NCBI GenBank assembly: GCA_016930515.1
Contig: JAFGGO010000165.1
Location: 1 to 21,304 of the forward strand
DNA: 21,304 bases
Origin: Promethearchaeota archaeon
Lineage (GTDB): Archaea; Asgardarchaeota; Lokiarchaeia; Sigyniarchaeales; SOKP01
Direction: 5' to 3'
Below the pieces are notes generated by a model. That model searched no databases, was not told the DNA's origin, and worked only from the letters and a program-made list of their open reading frames with translations. The translations under genes were made by a program, and so were the position numbers. This document shows positions 1 to 9,084 of this stretch, one piece after another; the first letter of the stretch is position 1, and each line of letters opens with the position of its first letter.

Positions 1-709
1 TGGAAGCATTTTTTTTTGATATTATGAATGTATCGTCAATTAAATTTTTTAAAAGAAGAGCAATTTTACTTATTTTAATTTCCCATTTTAATTCGTTATC
101 AAAATCCTTGAGAACAATAATAGAGACTTTATCAGCTAGCTGATCTAACTCTTCATTAGGTTTAATATTTAATTCAATTTTCCACAATTTCTCATAAATT
201 TTAAATACAAAAATAGAAAACTCGCAAATTATTCCATTATTTATTCTAATAACATGATTATAAGTTTGGTTTAACTCCCATTCAATTAATTGGTGATGAT
301 TTTCGCGCAATTTAGTATCAATTACCAGATCTGAGAATAAATTTACAATAATGGGTGCGAGAACTTGAGAAATATGTTTAGAAGCAGCTTTTAAGAGCAC
401 GGCGTTTGTCAAGCCATCGTAAGGAATGAGTTGATAGTGATATACTTCATGGAGCATTATTGCTCGAAAATAATTTATATAATCCTTGTCTTCTATGAAT
501 AATGGCGTATTTGCTAAATTCAACGTGATGGTCCATCCTTTTTGATGATCAATATAAAATCCTTCTTTCAAGGAATAATCAAACAAATAGCGAGGTTCTT
601 GAAGAGGAGGAAAATATAGTTCTTTCATTACACTTGCCCAAGCAAGTTTCGCGTTATATTCTAAATATTCTTCTTTTTTTGATCTTTTTATTGGATTTCC
701 CATATGCAT
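1..709 (-). CDS. HExxH zincin-type metallopeptidase-domain protein, probably the N-terminal part of a MoxR-associated peptidase-vWA protein; partial, runs off the left edge
   Basis: Not in the ORF track. My translation from ATG 709 (or 703) is open to position 1: MHMGNPIKRSKKEEYLEYNAKLAWASVMKELYFPPLQEP...FRAIMLHEVYHYQLIPYDG...IVNLFSDLVIDTKL...KKNAS. HEVYH is at 437-451. The downstream N-x3-D-x2-I-D resembles the motif in DUF2201-like peptidase-vWA proteins. The vWA domain itself is not visible. Confidence 0.8.
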   Translation of the reverse strand, partial: MHMGNPIKRSKKEEYLEYNAKLAWASVMKELYFPPLQEPRYLFDYSLKEGFYIDHQKGWTITLNLANTPLFIEDKDYINYFRAIMLHEVYHYQLIPYDGLTNAVLLKAASKHISQVLAPIIVNLFSDLVIDTKLRENHHQLIEWELNQTYNHVIRINNGIICEFSIFVFKIYEKLWKIELNIKPNEELDQLADKVSIIVLKDFDNELKWEIKISKIALLLKNLIDDTFIISKKNAS

Positions 710-855
710 TAAATAAGATATTTAAATTTTGTGTCATTGCAATTATCGATTTTAATATTATTAGGATATATTTCGTTTCAAAACAAAATATTCTTTAAAT
801 ATTGATTATTACTTTCTTCATTAATTCTAAAATAGAGTTTCATTGTAATTAAAAC

Positions 856-1398
856 ATGACTAAAACCATTAAGATCGTAATAGCCGGTGAAGGCGGTGTA
901 GGAAAAACTTCATTTCTCAATAGAATTATCCACGATTATTTCGACGAAAAATCAGAATTGACAAAAGGAATTGAATTCTTTAATAAAAAAATACACATTA
1001 GTCTTCATGGAGAAGATTACGACTTAATTTTTTGGGATTTCGGGGGTCAAGATCGATTTAGAAATTTTTTACAAGATTTTGTTGATGGTTCAAGTGCGGC
1101 AATTTTTTTATTTGACTTGACGCGATTTAATACTCTAGACAAGCTTGAAGAATGGCTTGAAATTCTAACAGAAAAAGAAAGCATTCCAATACTCATTTTA
1201 GGCACAAAATTAGACTTGATTGACGACAATACTAAGGATTACTTTAACGATATTCTTGAAAAAATAGTTGACGCATACGACGATATTTTTGGATATCAAT
1301 TAATTTCTAGCAAGACCTCATTAGATGTGGATAATGCTTTAGGCTTGATTGTCAGTAAAATTGCAGAAATTAAAAATAATTCTGCTCGAAGTTCCTAG
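856..1398 (+). CDS. Ras-superfamily small GTPase, Rab-like (Asgard type)
   Basis: G1 GEGGVGKT, G2 LTKGIEF, G3 WDFGGQ followed by DRF, G4 TKLD, G5 SSK. No C-terminal Cys. Confidence 0.93.
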   Translation: MTKTIKIVIAGEGGVGKTSFLNRIIHDYFDEKSELTKGIEFFNKKIHISLHGEDYDLIFWDFGGQDRFRNFLQDFVDGSSAAIFLFDLTRFNTLDKLEEWLEILTEKESIPILILGTKLDLIDDNTKDYFNDILEKIVDAYDDIFGYQLISSKTSLDVDNALGLIVSKIAEIKNNSARSS

Positions 1399-1441
1399 CA
1401 TGAAGTTTATAAATTATTTTACATAAAAATTCCTTCTAATT

Positions 1442-3202
1442 TCAGTCCTTGCTAAAATGCATTATTGCATGGGAGTTTAAATATTTTAGTTTATCAAGGA
1501 CCGTCCTTAATCGAATAGCTTCAGCACCCCCGGAGATCTGAATATTTACTAGCGAATCGTCGTTTGTTCCCGTAACATTTACCTCAATTAACAAGTCAGG
1601 CGTTCTTATTTGCCTTGTTTGCCTTTTTTCAAATATTTTTTTTAGAGGAGTATCCAAATCGGGAAACTCTAAAGCAACATCTGCCCACAGTTCTTTCCAA
1701 TTTTTATAATGTACTACAAAGTTACTTACTGTTTGTTTATATAATTCCCTATTACACCAGTTTAACAAGTAAGGTCTTTGGGGAATTTCAATACCTTCTA
1801 ATAAATCTTTTTTTATTTGAGAAATAATTTCGATCTTTCCCGTTTTAGTTGCATCTAAAATTTTTTGGGCAATTTTAAAATATTTTTTATTATTCAATCT
1901 CTCTATTATGGGCAATAAATCGTATTTAACAATTAAATCGTTTTTTTCATGTTTTTTAAGCTCGGTTAAATCTCCTTCCTCAGGAGTGCCTTGTCGATAC
2001 CTTTCTAAAATGCTATAACAGACTTTTCGGTTTACAAACCTTTTTTGAATGCTTTTCAACAAAAACCGTGTAAATTCGTATTTATCTCCCCAAAAAGGAG
2101 CTTTATCTAATTCTCGAAAAATATATGCAACTCGATGAGAGATTACAAAGGGTGCAATAACATTTACTATATTAATATCGACTTTTTCAAGCCCTAAAAA
2201 CCACGCTAAGGCTTTTGAATAACGTAAAAGATCCTTTGCGACGCGAACGCTTAAAATCGAATCGATCTTATTGCAAATACTATTAGCGGTATTAAAATGA
2301 CATTGAGAAATAGAACAAATACCTTTACTCGGTTTTAAATGCTCGCTATTTCCCTTATCAACTCGATCGCATAATGTATATTCTCTTACGATTGCGTGGA
2401 TATATTCGTTTACATCAGAAGAAAATTTCATATTATTTACATGAAACCAGACTTCCATTAATTCTTCTATATTCATGATAAAAGGTACTTGAACAATTTC
2501 GTCCATGCCGGAATATCGTTCGTCTTTTCCTGCGAGAATTAATTGAAGATCGCTACTATTTGGCATTGAAAATTGTACTGAAATCCCAAAGCGATCCAAA
2601 AAAGGAGTACTTAAATCGAATGTGCCAACATCTTGTGGATTTAAGGTAGCAAAAAGACAATATTTTTCGATTGATATAATGGCATCATAATATTTCACGG
2701 AACCTTCTGCCAGAAGTGAAAGCAAAATATCTTGAGCGTAAGGGGAAAGCCTATTTAGTTCGTCAATAATTTTCCAGAAGGATGTTATAAAAGACCTCCA
2801 AACAATCTCTTCTTTTCCTTCCTTCATCAATTTACCTAATTTAAGAGTACCAACAAGTTTTTCTTCTGTAAGTTGTGGATGTCCTCTCACGATTGCTTGT
2901 TCTATATCTTTTAAAGATACGCCTGTAAACATTCGTCCAAGCAACTTGCATATAGTACTTTTACCACCTCCGTGCCCTCCTATTAGAATCATTGCCGAAT
3001 TAGGTACGATGGCGTTAAGAATGCATAATGTTATAATTTCAGGCAATTGCTTTTTTATGACCTTTTCTTTATCGTCAAGATATCTAATTTCTAGATTTTT
3101 AGAGTGAAGAAATAATTGATTTGCTTGTAATATATTTAAAATCTTCCAAGTTTTAATTCGCAAATTTTTTTCGTCATTATTCAAATAATCACACAATTTC
3201 AC
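1442..3202 (-). CDS. MoxR/RavA-like AAA+ ATPase
   Basis: Walker A GGHGGGKST, helix-2 insert region LTEEKLVG, Walker B IIDELNR, sensor 1 ATLNP, Arg finger FLDRF, sensor 2 LSVR. GTG start. Long C-terminal extension. Confidence 0.9.
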   Translation of the reverse strand: MKLCDYLNNDEKNLRIKTWKILNILQANQLFLHSKNLEIRYLDDKEKVIKKQLPEIITLCILNAIVPNSAMILIGGHGGGKSTICKLLGRMFTGVSLKDIEQAIVRGHPQLTEEKLVGTLKLGKLMKEGKEEIVWRSFITSFWKIIDELNRLSPYAQDILLSLLAEGSVKYYDAIISIEKYCLFATLNPQDVGTFDLSTPFLDRFGISVQFSMPNSSDLQLILAGKDERYSGMDEIVQVPFIMNIEELMEVWFHVNNMKFSSDVNEYIHAIVREYTLCDRVDKGNSEHLKPSKGICSISQCHFNTANSICNKIDSILSVRVAKDLLRYSKALAWFLGLEKVDINIVNVIAPFVISHRVAYIFRELDKAPFWGDKYEFTRFLLKSIQKRFVNRKVCYSILERYRQGTPEEGDLTELKKHEKNDLIVKYDLLPIIERLNNKKYFKIAQKILDATKTGKIEIISQIKKDLLEGIEIPQRPYLLNWCNRELYKQTVSNFVVHYKNWKELWADVALEFPDLDTPLKKIFEKRQTRQIRTPDLLIEVNVTGTNDDSLVNIQISGGAEAIRLRTVLDKLKYLNSHAIMHFSKD

Positions 3203-3270
3203 TAAAATAATTTAGAAATAAATTATTAAAATATATTACCTTAATCAAGCGTCTATTATTAATTAATCGC

Positions 3271-3966
3271 TTATAATACACCATATATGTCGGTAAGGCG
3301 GTCTATTTCTAAGTCTGGTGTAAATTCCCAATTTTTTTTTGAAGGATATTTATTTGGATCTCTTTTAATAAGGCAAGCTACTATTCCCGCTCGTTTTGCT
3401 GCAGTAACATCAACAATTGAATCTCCAATCATTATCGCATTATCATTATTTTCATCAAAATTTAATTTGTTTAAAACTCGTAAAATTCCTTTTGGAGAAG
3501 GTTTAGCAATTTCTTGATCTTTAAAATAATCTAAACCAAGAGTTTCGTGGAAAAAATCGTTTAAACCGTAATAATTCATAAAGAAATCAACAATATAATC
3601 TGCAGTGTTCGAAACAAGTCCTAATTTTTTACCACTTAAAGCCAATCTCTTAAGCACATCTACTACATCATCGTAAAGACAGATTTTTTTTGTTTTAAGA
3701 AGGTTTTTTCTACATGCAAAATCGATTTTATCAAATATTTTCCAAAATTTAGATACATCTGATACTCCCCATTTCTCAAGTAATGTTAAGTAGTTATCTC
3801 CAGAAGTCCAAAAATAATTTCGTTGCATTCGAGTCGGTAAATCTAAATTAATATTTTTAATCAGGTTTTTCAATGTATCAACTAATACATTATCGAAATA
3901 TTCTCCTGGATTTGGAATGTGTAAAAGACAATTATCTAAATCAAATAAAAAATATTTGTATGACAT
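3271..3966 (-). CDS. HAD-superfamily hydrolase, subfamily IA (phosphoglycolate phosphatase-like)
   Basis: Motif I FDLDNCL, motif II VSN, motif III KPSP, motif IV IGDSIVD. Confidence 0.9.
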   Translation of the reverse strand: MSYKYFLFDLDNCLLHIPNPGEYFDNVLVDTLKNLIKNINLDLPTRMQRNYFWTSGDNYLTLLEKWGVSDVSKFWKIFDKIDFACRKNLLKTKKICLYDDVVDVLKRLALSGKKLGLVSNTADYIVDFFMNYYGLNDFFHETLGLDYFKDQEIAKPSPKGILRVLNKLNFDENNDNAIMIGDSIVDVTAAKRAGIVACLIKRDPNKYPSKKNWEFTPDLEIDRLTDIYGVL

Positions 3967-4067
3967 TATTTTATTGAAATAATAGTACTATTGATTTTTA
4001 AAATTTAAAAAAATTTAAAAATGTAACTTGAGAATTTAAAAAAGTATAATATTACAATATATAAAGC

Positions 4068-4439
4068 TTAAAAATAACCAATTTCTCCAAGATTCTTACC
4101 AGTACCATCCAGTGCAAAAATTCTTCCCATTGAAAGAAAAGAATCGTCCATTTCCTCTTTAGAATTTTTTCTAGTGGTTTTTGCCATTTTTTTAATAGTT
4201 TCAAGTTTTAACTGAAAAATGCCACCACATTTTTTACATTTAATATGGACATGTTTGATTTCTATTTGGTCGTTATTAACTATTTCTTCAACCTTTAACG
4301 GTTCTAATAATTTTTTATCCTGATTGTCACAACCAATTAAAAAACATTGATCCAGAGAGATTTTTTCTTGACCGCGCCTGCCTAAAGCAATATACGCATA
4401 CGCCGGTACCTCATTCCACAAATCATTATTATTGGTCAT
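4068..4439 (-). CDS. Hypothetical protein with a putative zinc-binding site
   Basis: 123-aa ORF filling its own gene slot, with CFLIGC and a later CKKCGG Cys pair. Confidence 0.7.
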   Translation of the reverse strand: MTNNNDLWNEVPAYAYIALGRRGQEKISLDQCFLIGCDNQDKKLLEPLKVEEIVNNDQIEIKHVHIKCKKCGGIFQLKLETIKKMAKTTRKNSKEEMDDSFLSMGRIFALDGTGKNLGEIGYF

Positions 4440-4580
4440 TATTAACTTAACAAGAAATCTTTTTTTTAAATATATTATTTAGATTAATAGAATCTTATGT
4501 AAATAGTTAATTATTTTATTTGATTATAAAATATTGAAAAAAAATCTCTATAATAAGCTTTAATAAGTTGAACTAGAATA

Positions 4581-4883
4581 ATGACCAAACAAGAAGATTT
4601 TTCTAATGAGGAACTCAACAAACTTGCAAAACTAGCCTTGTTAGATATTGATGAAAAGGAAAAAGAAAAATTATCAAGACAATTAGGAGATATCTTAAAT
4701 TATTTTAAAAAATTAAACGATCTCAATACGGACAATGTGGAACCCACAACGCACGCATTAGACATTAAAAATGTATATAGAAAAGACGAACCTATAAAAT
4801 CGCTCTCAAAAAAGGAAACCTTAGCAAACTCTCAATATATAAAAGATGGTTATTTCAAGGCTCCAAGAATATTGAAGAAATAA
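4581..4883 (+). CDS. gatC: Asp/Glu-tRNA(Asn/Gln) amidotransferase subunit C
   Basis: LAKLALL, ILNYFKKLNDLNTDNVEPT, NVYRKD and GYFKAPRIL are typical GatC segments; 100 aa. Confidence 0.93.
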   Translation: MTKQEDFSNEELNKLAKLALLDIDEKEKEKLSRQLGDILNYFKKLNDLNTDNVEPTTHALDIKNVYRKDEPIKSLSKKETLANSQYIKDGYFKAPRILKK

Positions 4884-4885
4884 AT

Positions 4886-5785
4886 TTATTTTTTTTTAGC
4901 CTTTTCTTCAATTTTTAAATCCTTAACTATTTTAAGACAATATTTAACATATTTGCTAAGTATTTTCGTGAGTTTTTTATCGTCTTTAATTTCTTCCCAT
5001 AATTCTAATGTTCTCAAAGCAAACAGACCAATGTCAATTCTGAACCAACTTATAGGAAATAATTTTTCTCTTTGTATGTTAGCTTCAATAACGGTAATGC
5101 AATCTTGATCAATATAAAATGTCCTCGGCTTATTTTCCTTAAATCGTATATTGTCGTTCATGAGAAAGAAATTTGCGGCTTTATCGGAAGTTGCTACTAT
5201 TCCTGTTGCGAAACCACGAGCTGCAAGCAATTTGCTCGATAATTCAGAATAGTTTAAGCCATAGAAATGTAGGTTCTTTTTGTTCTCTCCTTGAAAAGAA
5301 ATCTTAATGCTTCTTTGACCTTGATCGCCCTTGATAAGAGTTGGGAACAAATTTTCGTCTCTTTGCTTTTTATGCGTATCCATAAGCTTATTTATTAATT
5401 TACTATCTAATTTTAGACCCGGAATAACGGTGTTCTGATTCATAAAAGCATCTACTTCAAGATCAGCAATTCCGTAAAAAAGCTTGTTTTCTTTCATTAA
5501 CTTTTCTAAACATCTAATAATCGCTTTGATAAGAGCCTCCGGGTCGTCTCTAAGTGAATTATATTCCTTAGTAGTAAATGTATCTATTTGGTCTTCGAGC
5601 CCTTCGATGTCATAAAACGTCCCCCAACTCATTTCGGTTACGATATTTCCCTCGTTATATAAATTAAGGTCCTGATCGATAGAAAGAAGGCTCTTACTCC
5701 CACCTAAATCAACGCCTTTTTTAGAACCCGATGCAAGCAATGCAACAGGTGGATCAAACAACTCCAAATATAAAAAAGATCCCAT
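4886..5785 (-). CDS. Unknown protein, paralog of 7309..8313 (copy A)
   Basis: Near gap-free alignment with 7309..8313. Shared blocks: LASGSKxGVDLGG, NLYNEG, TEMSWG, LFYGIADxEVDAFMN, GFATGIV, LFPISWFRIDIGL. Confidence 0.85.
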   Translation of the reverse strand: MGSFLYLELFDPPVALLASGSKKGVDLGGSKSLLSIDQDLNLYNEGNIVTEMSWGTFYDIEGLEDQIDTFTTKEYNSLRDDPEALIKAIIRCLEKLMKENKLFYGIADLEVDAFMNQNTVIPGLKLDSKLINKLMDTHKKQRDENLFPTLIKGDQGQRSIKISFQGENKKNLHFYGLNYSELSSKLLAARGFATGIVATSDKAANFFLMNDNIRFKENKPRTFYIDQDCITVIEANIQREKLFPISWFRIDIGLFALRTLELWEEIKDDKKLTKILSKYVKYCLKIVKDLKIEEKAKKK

Positions 5786-5964
5786 ATCAGGCTAAACTAT
5801 TTTTGTTATTAGAACTTTTAATAAGAGAAATGGAGTAACATATAAAAAATTAGTGTAAATTCATAGTTGATAACTGTAAAAAATCTCTTTTAATAATATT
5901 GAAAGTTAAAAAAAAATAAGATTTGTTAGTAGTATAACAAAGAAAGAAATAATAAAAAAAATAA

Positions 5965-7167
5965 TTATTTTAAGCATTCATAATAGGCTTTAGCTAAATC
6001 ATCTTGTCTCTTATCAACAAGCAAATAAAACCCTGATTTGTTCATGGCATAAGCAAATCCCGTTTGTGTGTCAGGATCGGCAAATCCAAAAGAACCGCCC
6101 GCACCTGGCGTTCCAAAAGCTTTACTACTCGTCCCAAATTGGCACTCGGGAAATGGTTTTAAGAAACCTAGCGAAAACATTGATTCGGATTGTAATACCT
6201 CATCAAATCTTCCGTCTTCGGGCGGTTTTGCTGGTTCTGTTATTGATTTCATTGTCTCTGGCTTAATACCAAGCTCACTTGCCCCCATTGAAAAGATTCC
6301 ATATAATTTTGCTATGTCACGTACCTGTCCAATTCCATTAGCGGCGGGTAATTCAATCTTCCTCATTTCTTTGGTGTTATAATTCTTAACGACACCTAAA
6401 ACTTTAGGATTTGAGAATGCTCGTTTGGTGGCTGTACCCTTTTTCATAAATGCTTTTACGAATGGTTTCGGCATTTTATCCGTGTTAAAGATCATTCTTA
6501 AGGTATACATCGGTGCGTGCATGTTTGCAATTCGGGAAGACGGTACATCATCTGGAAGTCCTATATAAAATTCGAGACCGAGAGGTTTGGCAATTTCATC
6601 TCTGAAAAATTTACCCATTGTTCGATGTTGAGGATCGGTTTTTCGGATCAATTCGCTTTCGTACCAACCTAATGTTAGGGCGTGATATCCGTGTTTTTTT
6701 CCTGGTTTCCAAAGAGGCGTTTGAGCCGCAAGAATTTTTGATAACTGTTCAGTATTTCCTAATACTTTTAAATCCATTGGCTCGTCAATGGCACATAATC
6801 CCGCTTGGTGTGAAAGTAATTGCCTAATAGTCACATCTTCTTTCCCGTTTTGTGCGAATTCAGGCCAATATTTTGAAACCTTCTCGTCATATTCAAAATA
6901 ACCTTTTGAATGAGCTAAAGCTATTGCCATTGCTGACATGCCCTTAGTCGTTGAAAATACTAAAACTAAAGTGTCTTCTTTCCAAGGATCTTTTGACTTT
7001 TTATCCCGGTAGCCTCCCCATAGATCTACAACTTTTTTACCTTTATGGTAGATTGCAACGGCAGCTCCTACTTCTTCGCCTCTTTTAAAGTTATCTATAA
7101 AAGCGCTTTTTACTTTTTCAAAACCGGGTTCTACAGACCCGTGTATCATTGATTCGTCAAAATTCAT
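5965..7167 (-). CDS. Serine hydrolase, beta-lactamase class C-like / family VIII esterase
   Basis: SxxK as FSTTKG, LLSHQAGL, catalytic Tyr in HGYHAL, FGTPGAGGS. No signal peptide evident. Confidence 0.92.
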   Translation of the reverse strand: MNFDESMIHGSVEPGFEKVKSAFIDNFKRGEEVGAAVAIYHKGKKVVDLWGGYRDKKSKDPWKEDTLVLVFSTTKGMSAMAIALAHSKGYFEYDEKVSKYWPEFAQNGKEDVTIRQLLSHQAGLCAIDEPMDLKVLGNTEQLSKILAAQTPLWKPGKKHGYHALTLGWYESELIRKTDPQHRTMGKFFRDEIAKPLGLEFYIGLPDDVPSSRIANMHAPMYTLRMIFNTDKMPKPFVKAFMKKGTATKRAFSNPKVLGVVKNYNTKEMRKIELPAANGIGQVRDIAKLYGIFSMGASELGIKPETMKSITEPAKPPEDGRFDEVLQSESMFSLGFLKPFPECQFGTSSKAFGTPGAGGSFGFADPDTQTGFAYAMNKSGFYLLVDKRQDDLAKAYYECLK

Positions 7168-7308
7168 TATTTTAACACTATTATATGTTGTTGTTGATAT
7201 AAATTGGTGAAATTTGTTTTTATTAGATATTATTATCTACAAGTTATAATATAAAGGTTATGTTTAAAACATACCAAAAATAAAAATAAGATATTCTAAT
7301 TGAAAGAT

Positions 7309-8313
7309 TTATTCTTTGTATAATTCTGTGAGTTTCCTAATTGCATCTGCCATATCCCGAAGGGCTTTGTTTCTTTGGGGTACGGTCATGTTATAAAAAT
7401 CGTTATCAGAACTAAGTCCTATGCTTTCATTCGAAGCAATTTCTTTATATTTTTTGTAAATCAATACAGTGATATATTTTTCGTATTGTGTTAAAGCACT
7501 TTTTAATAAAGTATTATCCTTAATATCGTTCCATTTCTCGAAATTCTCTAAGGATTTTAATCCGATATCAATTCTAAACCAGCTTATTGGAAAAAGAACC
7601 TCTCTCTGTATGGCCATCATGATTACATCTATGTTCTCCTGATCGATATACATTTTTGCAATTGTACCTTCTTTAAAAACAATATTATCGGTTAATATAT
7701 AAAAGTTTGCGGCACCTTTGGAAGTACACACGATTCCCGTTGCAAATCCACTTGCGGTTCTTAAAAGATCGGAATAGTTTTCAATTTTAGACGCAATAAA
7801 ATGGAGATTCTTTTTATTAGCTCCTTGAAATTCCACTCTTATACTTTTCCTACCGTGAGTATCGGATATGATTTTTGGAAAAAGATTTTCCTCTCTTGAT
7901 TTTCGATGGGCATCTAATAATTTATTAATTACTTTATAATCTAATTTCAAATCGGGAATGACGCAATTTTCGTTCATAAAGGCATCTACTTCAAAATCAG
8001 CAATACCGTAAAATAATCTTTGGTTCTTAATAATATTTTCAAAACTTTTCACGAGCGTATTCGAAAGCTCTTCAGGATCTTCTTGAACCGTACGATATTC
8101 AACGGTTGTAAAAGAATCTATTTGGTCTTTTATACCTTCCTCGCGATAAAATTCTCCCCAACTCATTTCGGTCGAGATATATCCCTCATTATAGAGATTA
8201 TGATTTCTATCAATACTAATGATGCATTTTTGACCTCCTAAATCAACGCCATTTTTGGAACCAGATGCAAGTATTGCTGTAGGGGGATTTCTAAATTCTA
8301 AGGCCATACTCAT
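7309..8313 (-). CDS. Unknown protein, paralog of 4886..5785 (copy B, with a C-terminal extension of about 35-40 aa)
   Basis: Same conserved blocks as copy A. Extra tail ...FYNMTVPQRNKALRDMADAIRKLTELYKE. Confidence 0.85.
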   Translation of the reverse strand: MSMALEFRNPPTAILASGSKNGVDLGGQKCIISIDRNHNLYNEGYISTEMSWGEFYREEGIKDQIDSFTTVEYRTVQEDPEELSNTLVKSFENIIKNQRLFYGIADFEVDAFMNENCVIPDLKLDYKVINKLLDAHRKSREENLFPKIISDTHGRKSIRVEFQGANKKNLHFIASKIENYSDLLRTASGFATGIVCTSKGAANFYILTDNIVFKEGTIAKMYIDQENIDVIMMAIQREVLFPISWFRIDIGLKSLENFEKWNDIKDNTLLKSALTQYEKYITVLIYKKYKEIASNESIGLSSDNDFYNMTVPQRNKALRDMADAIRKLTELYKE

Positions 8314-8514
8314 TCAACTTTTTGTTAATAATTAAGTACAGTAACCAAAAAATAAGTTCTATTTATGTGTTTTCAATATCATTTTATAATCTAAATCATC
8401 ATAATTGATATTATTGAAGTGAATTGGTCTGATTAACAATGTTTTTAACTTCTAAGAATTAAATTTAAATTAGAATATAAAAAGTAAGTAACAATATAGT
8501 GAGGTTAAAATCTT

Positions 8515-9027
8515 ATGACTAAAAAAATCGCATTTATAGCGACTGATGGATATGAAGATCTTGAACTGCATTATCCAAGGATAAGGTTAATAGAAGCCGG
8601 TTACAATGTTGAATTAATAGGTTTAACCAATAGAGAAATTAAGGGAAAATGGGGATATCCATTTCTCCCAGATCTTTCTATAGAAAAAGCAGATACAAAT
8701 GATTATGATGGTATAATTATCCCAGGAGGGACCAAGAATCCAGATTATTTAAGGCGGGACCAAAAAGTCCTTGAATTTGTTCGAAAAATTAACGAACAAG
8801 GAAAATTAATTGGAGCTATTTGTCACGCAGGATGGGTTTTAATTTCTGCAAAAATAGTGAAAAGCCGTAAAGCAACAAGTTATTTTGCAATAAAGGACGA
8901 TATGATTAATGCAGGAGTAATTTTCGAAGATAACGCAGTTGTAATTGATAAAAATTTAATTACTTCAAGAACTCCAGAAGATTTACCAGAATTTATGAAA
9001 GCGACTTTAAAATTTCTTGAAAGCTAA
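8515..9027 (+). CDS. pfpI: DJ-1/PfpI family protease/deglycase
   Basis: GYEDLE (catalytic Glu), IIPGG, nucleophile elbow AICHAG, ITSRTPEDL. GAGGT SD-like sequence upstream. Confidence 0.93.
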   Translation: MTKKIAFIATDGYEDLELHYPRIRLIEAGYNVELIGLTNREIKGKWGYPFLPDLSIEKADTNDYDGIIIPGGTKNPDYLRRDQKVLEFVRKINEQGKLIGAICHAGWVLISAKIVKSRKATSYFAIKDDMINAGVIFEDNAVVIDKNLITSRTPEDLPEFMKATLKFLES

Positions 9028-9084
9028 TATCTTTAAATTAAATTGTAAAATTAGATGGATTTTCATTTGATGCGTTCAATCAAA

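Noticed and set aside
5965-7167. Antibiotic-resistance beta-lactamase
   Set aside because: No signal peptide, and it has YHA and GTPG rather than the AmpC YxN and KTG motifs. It fits family VIII esterases.
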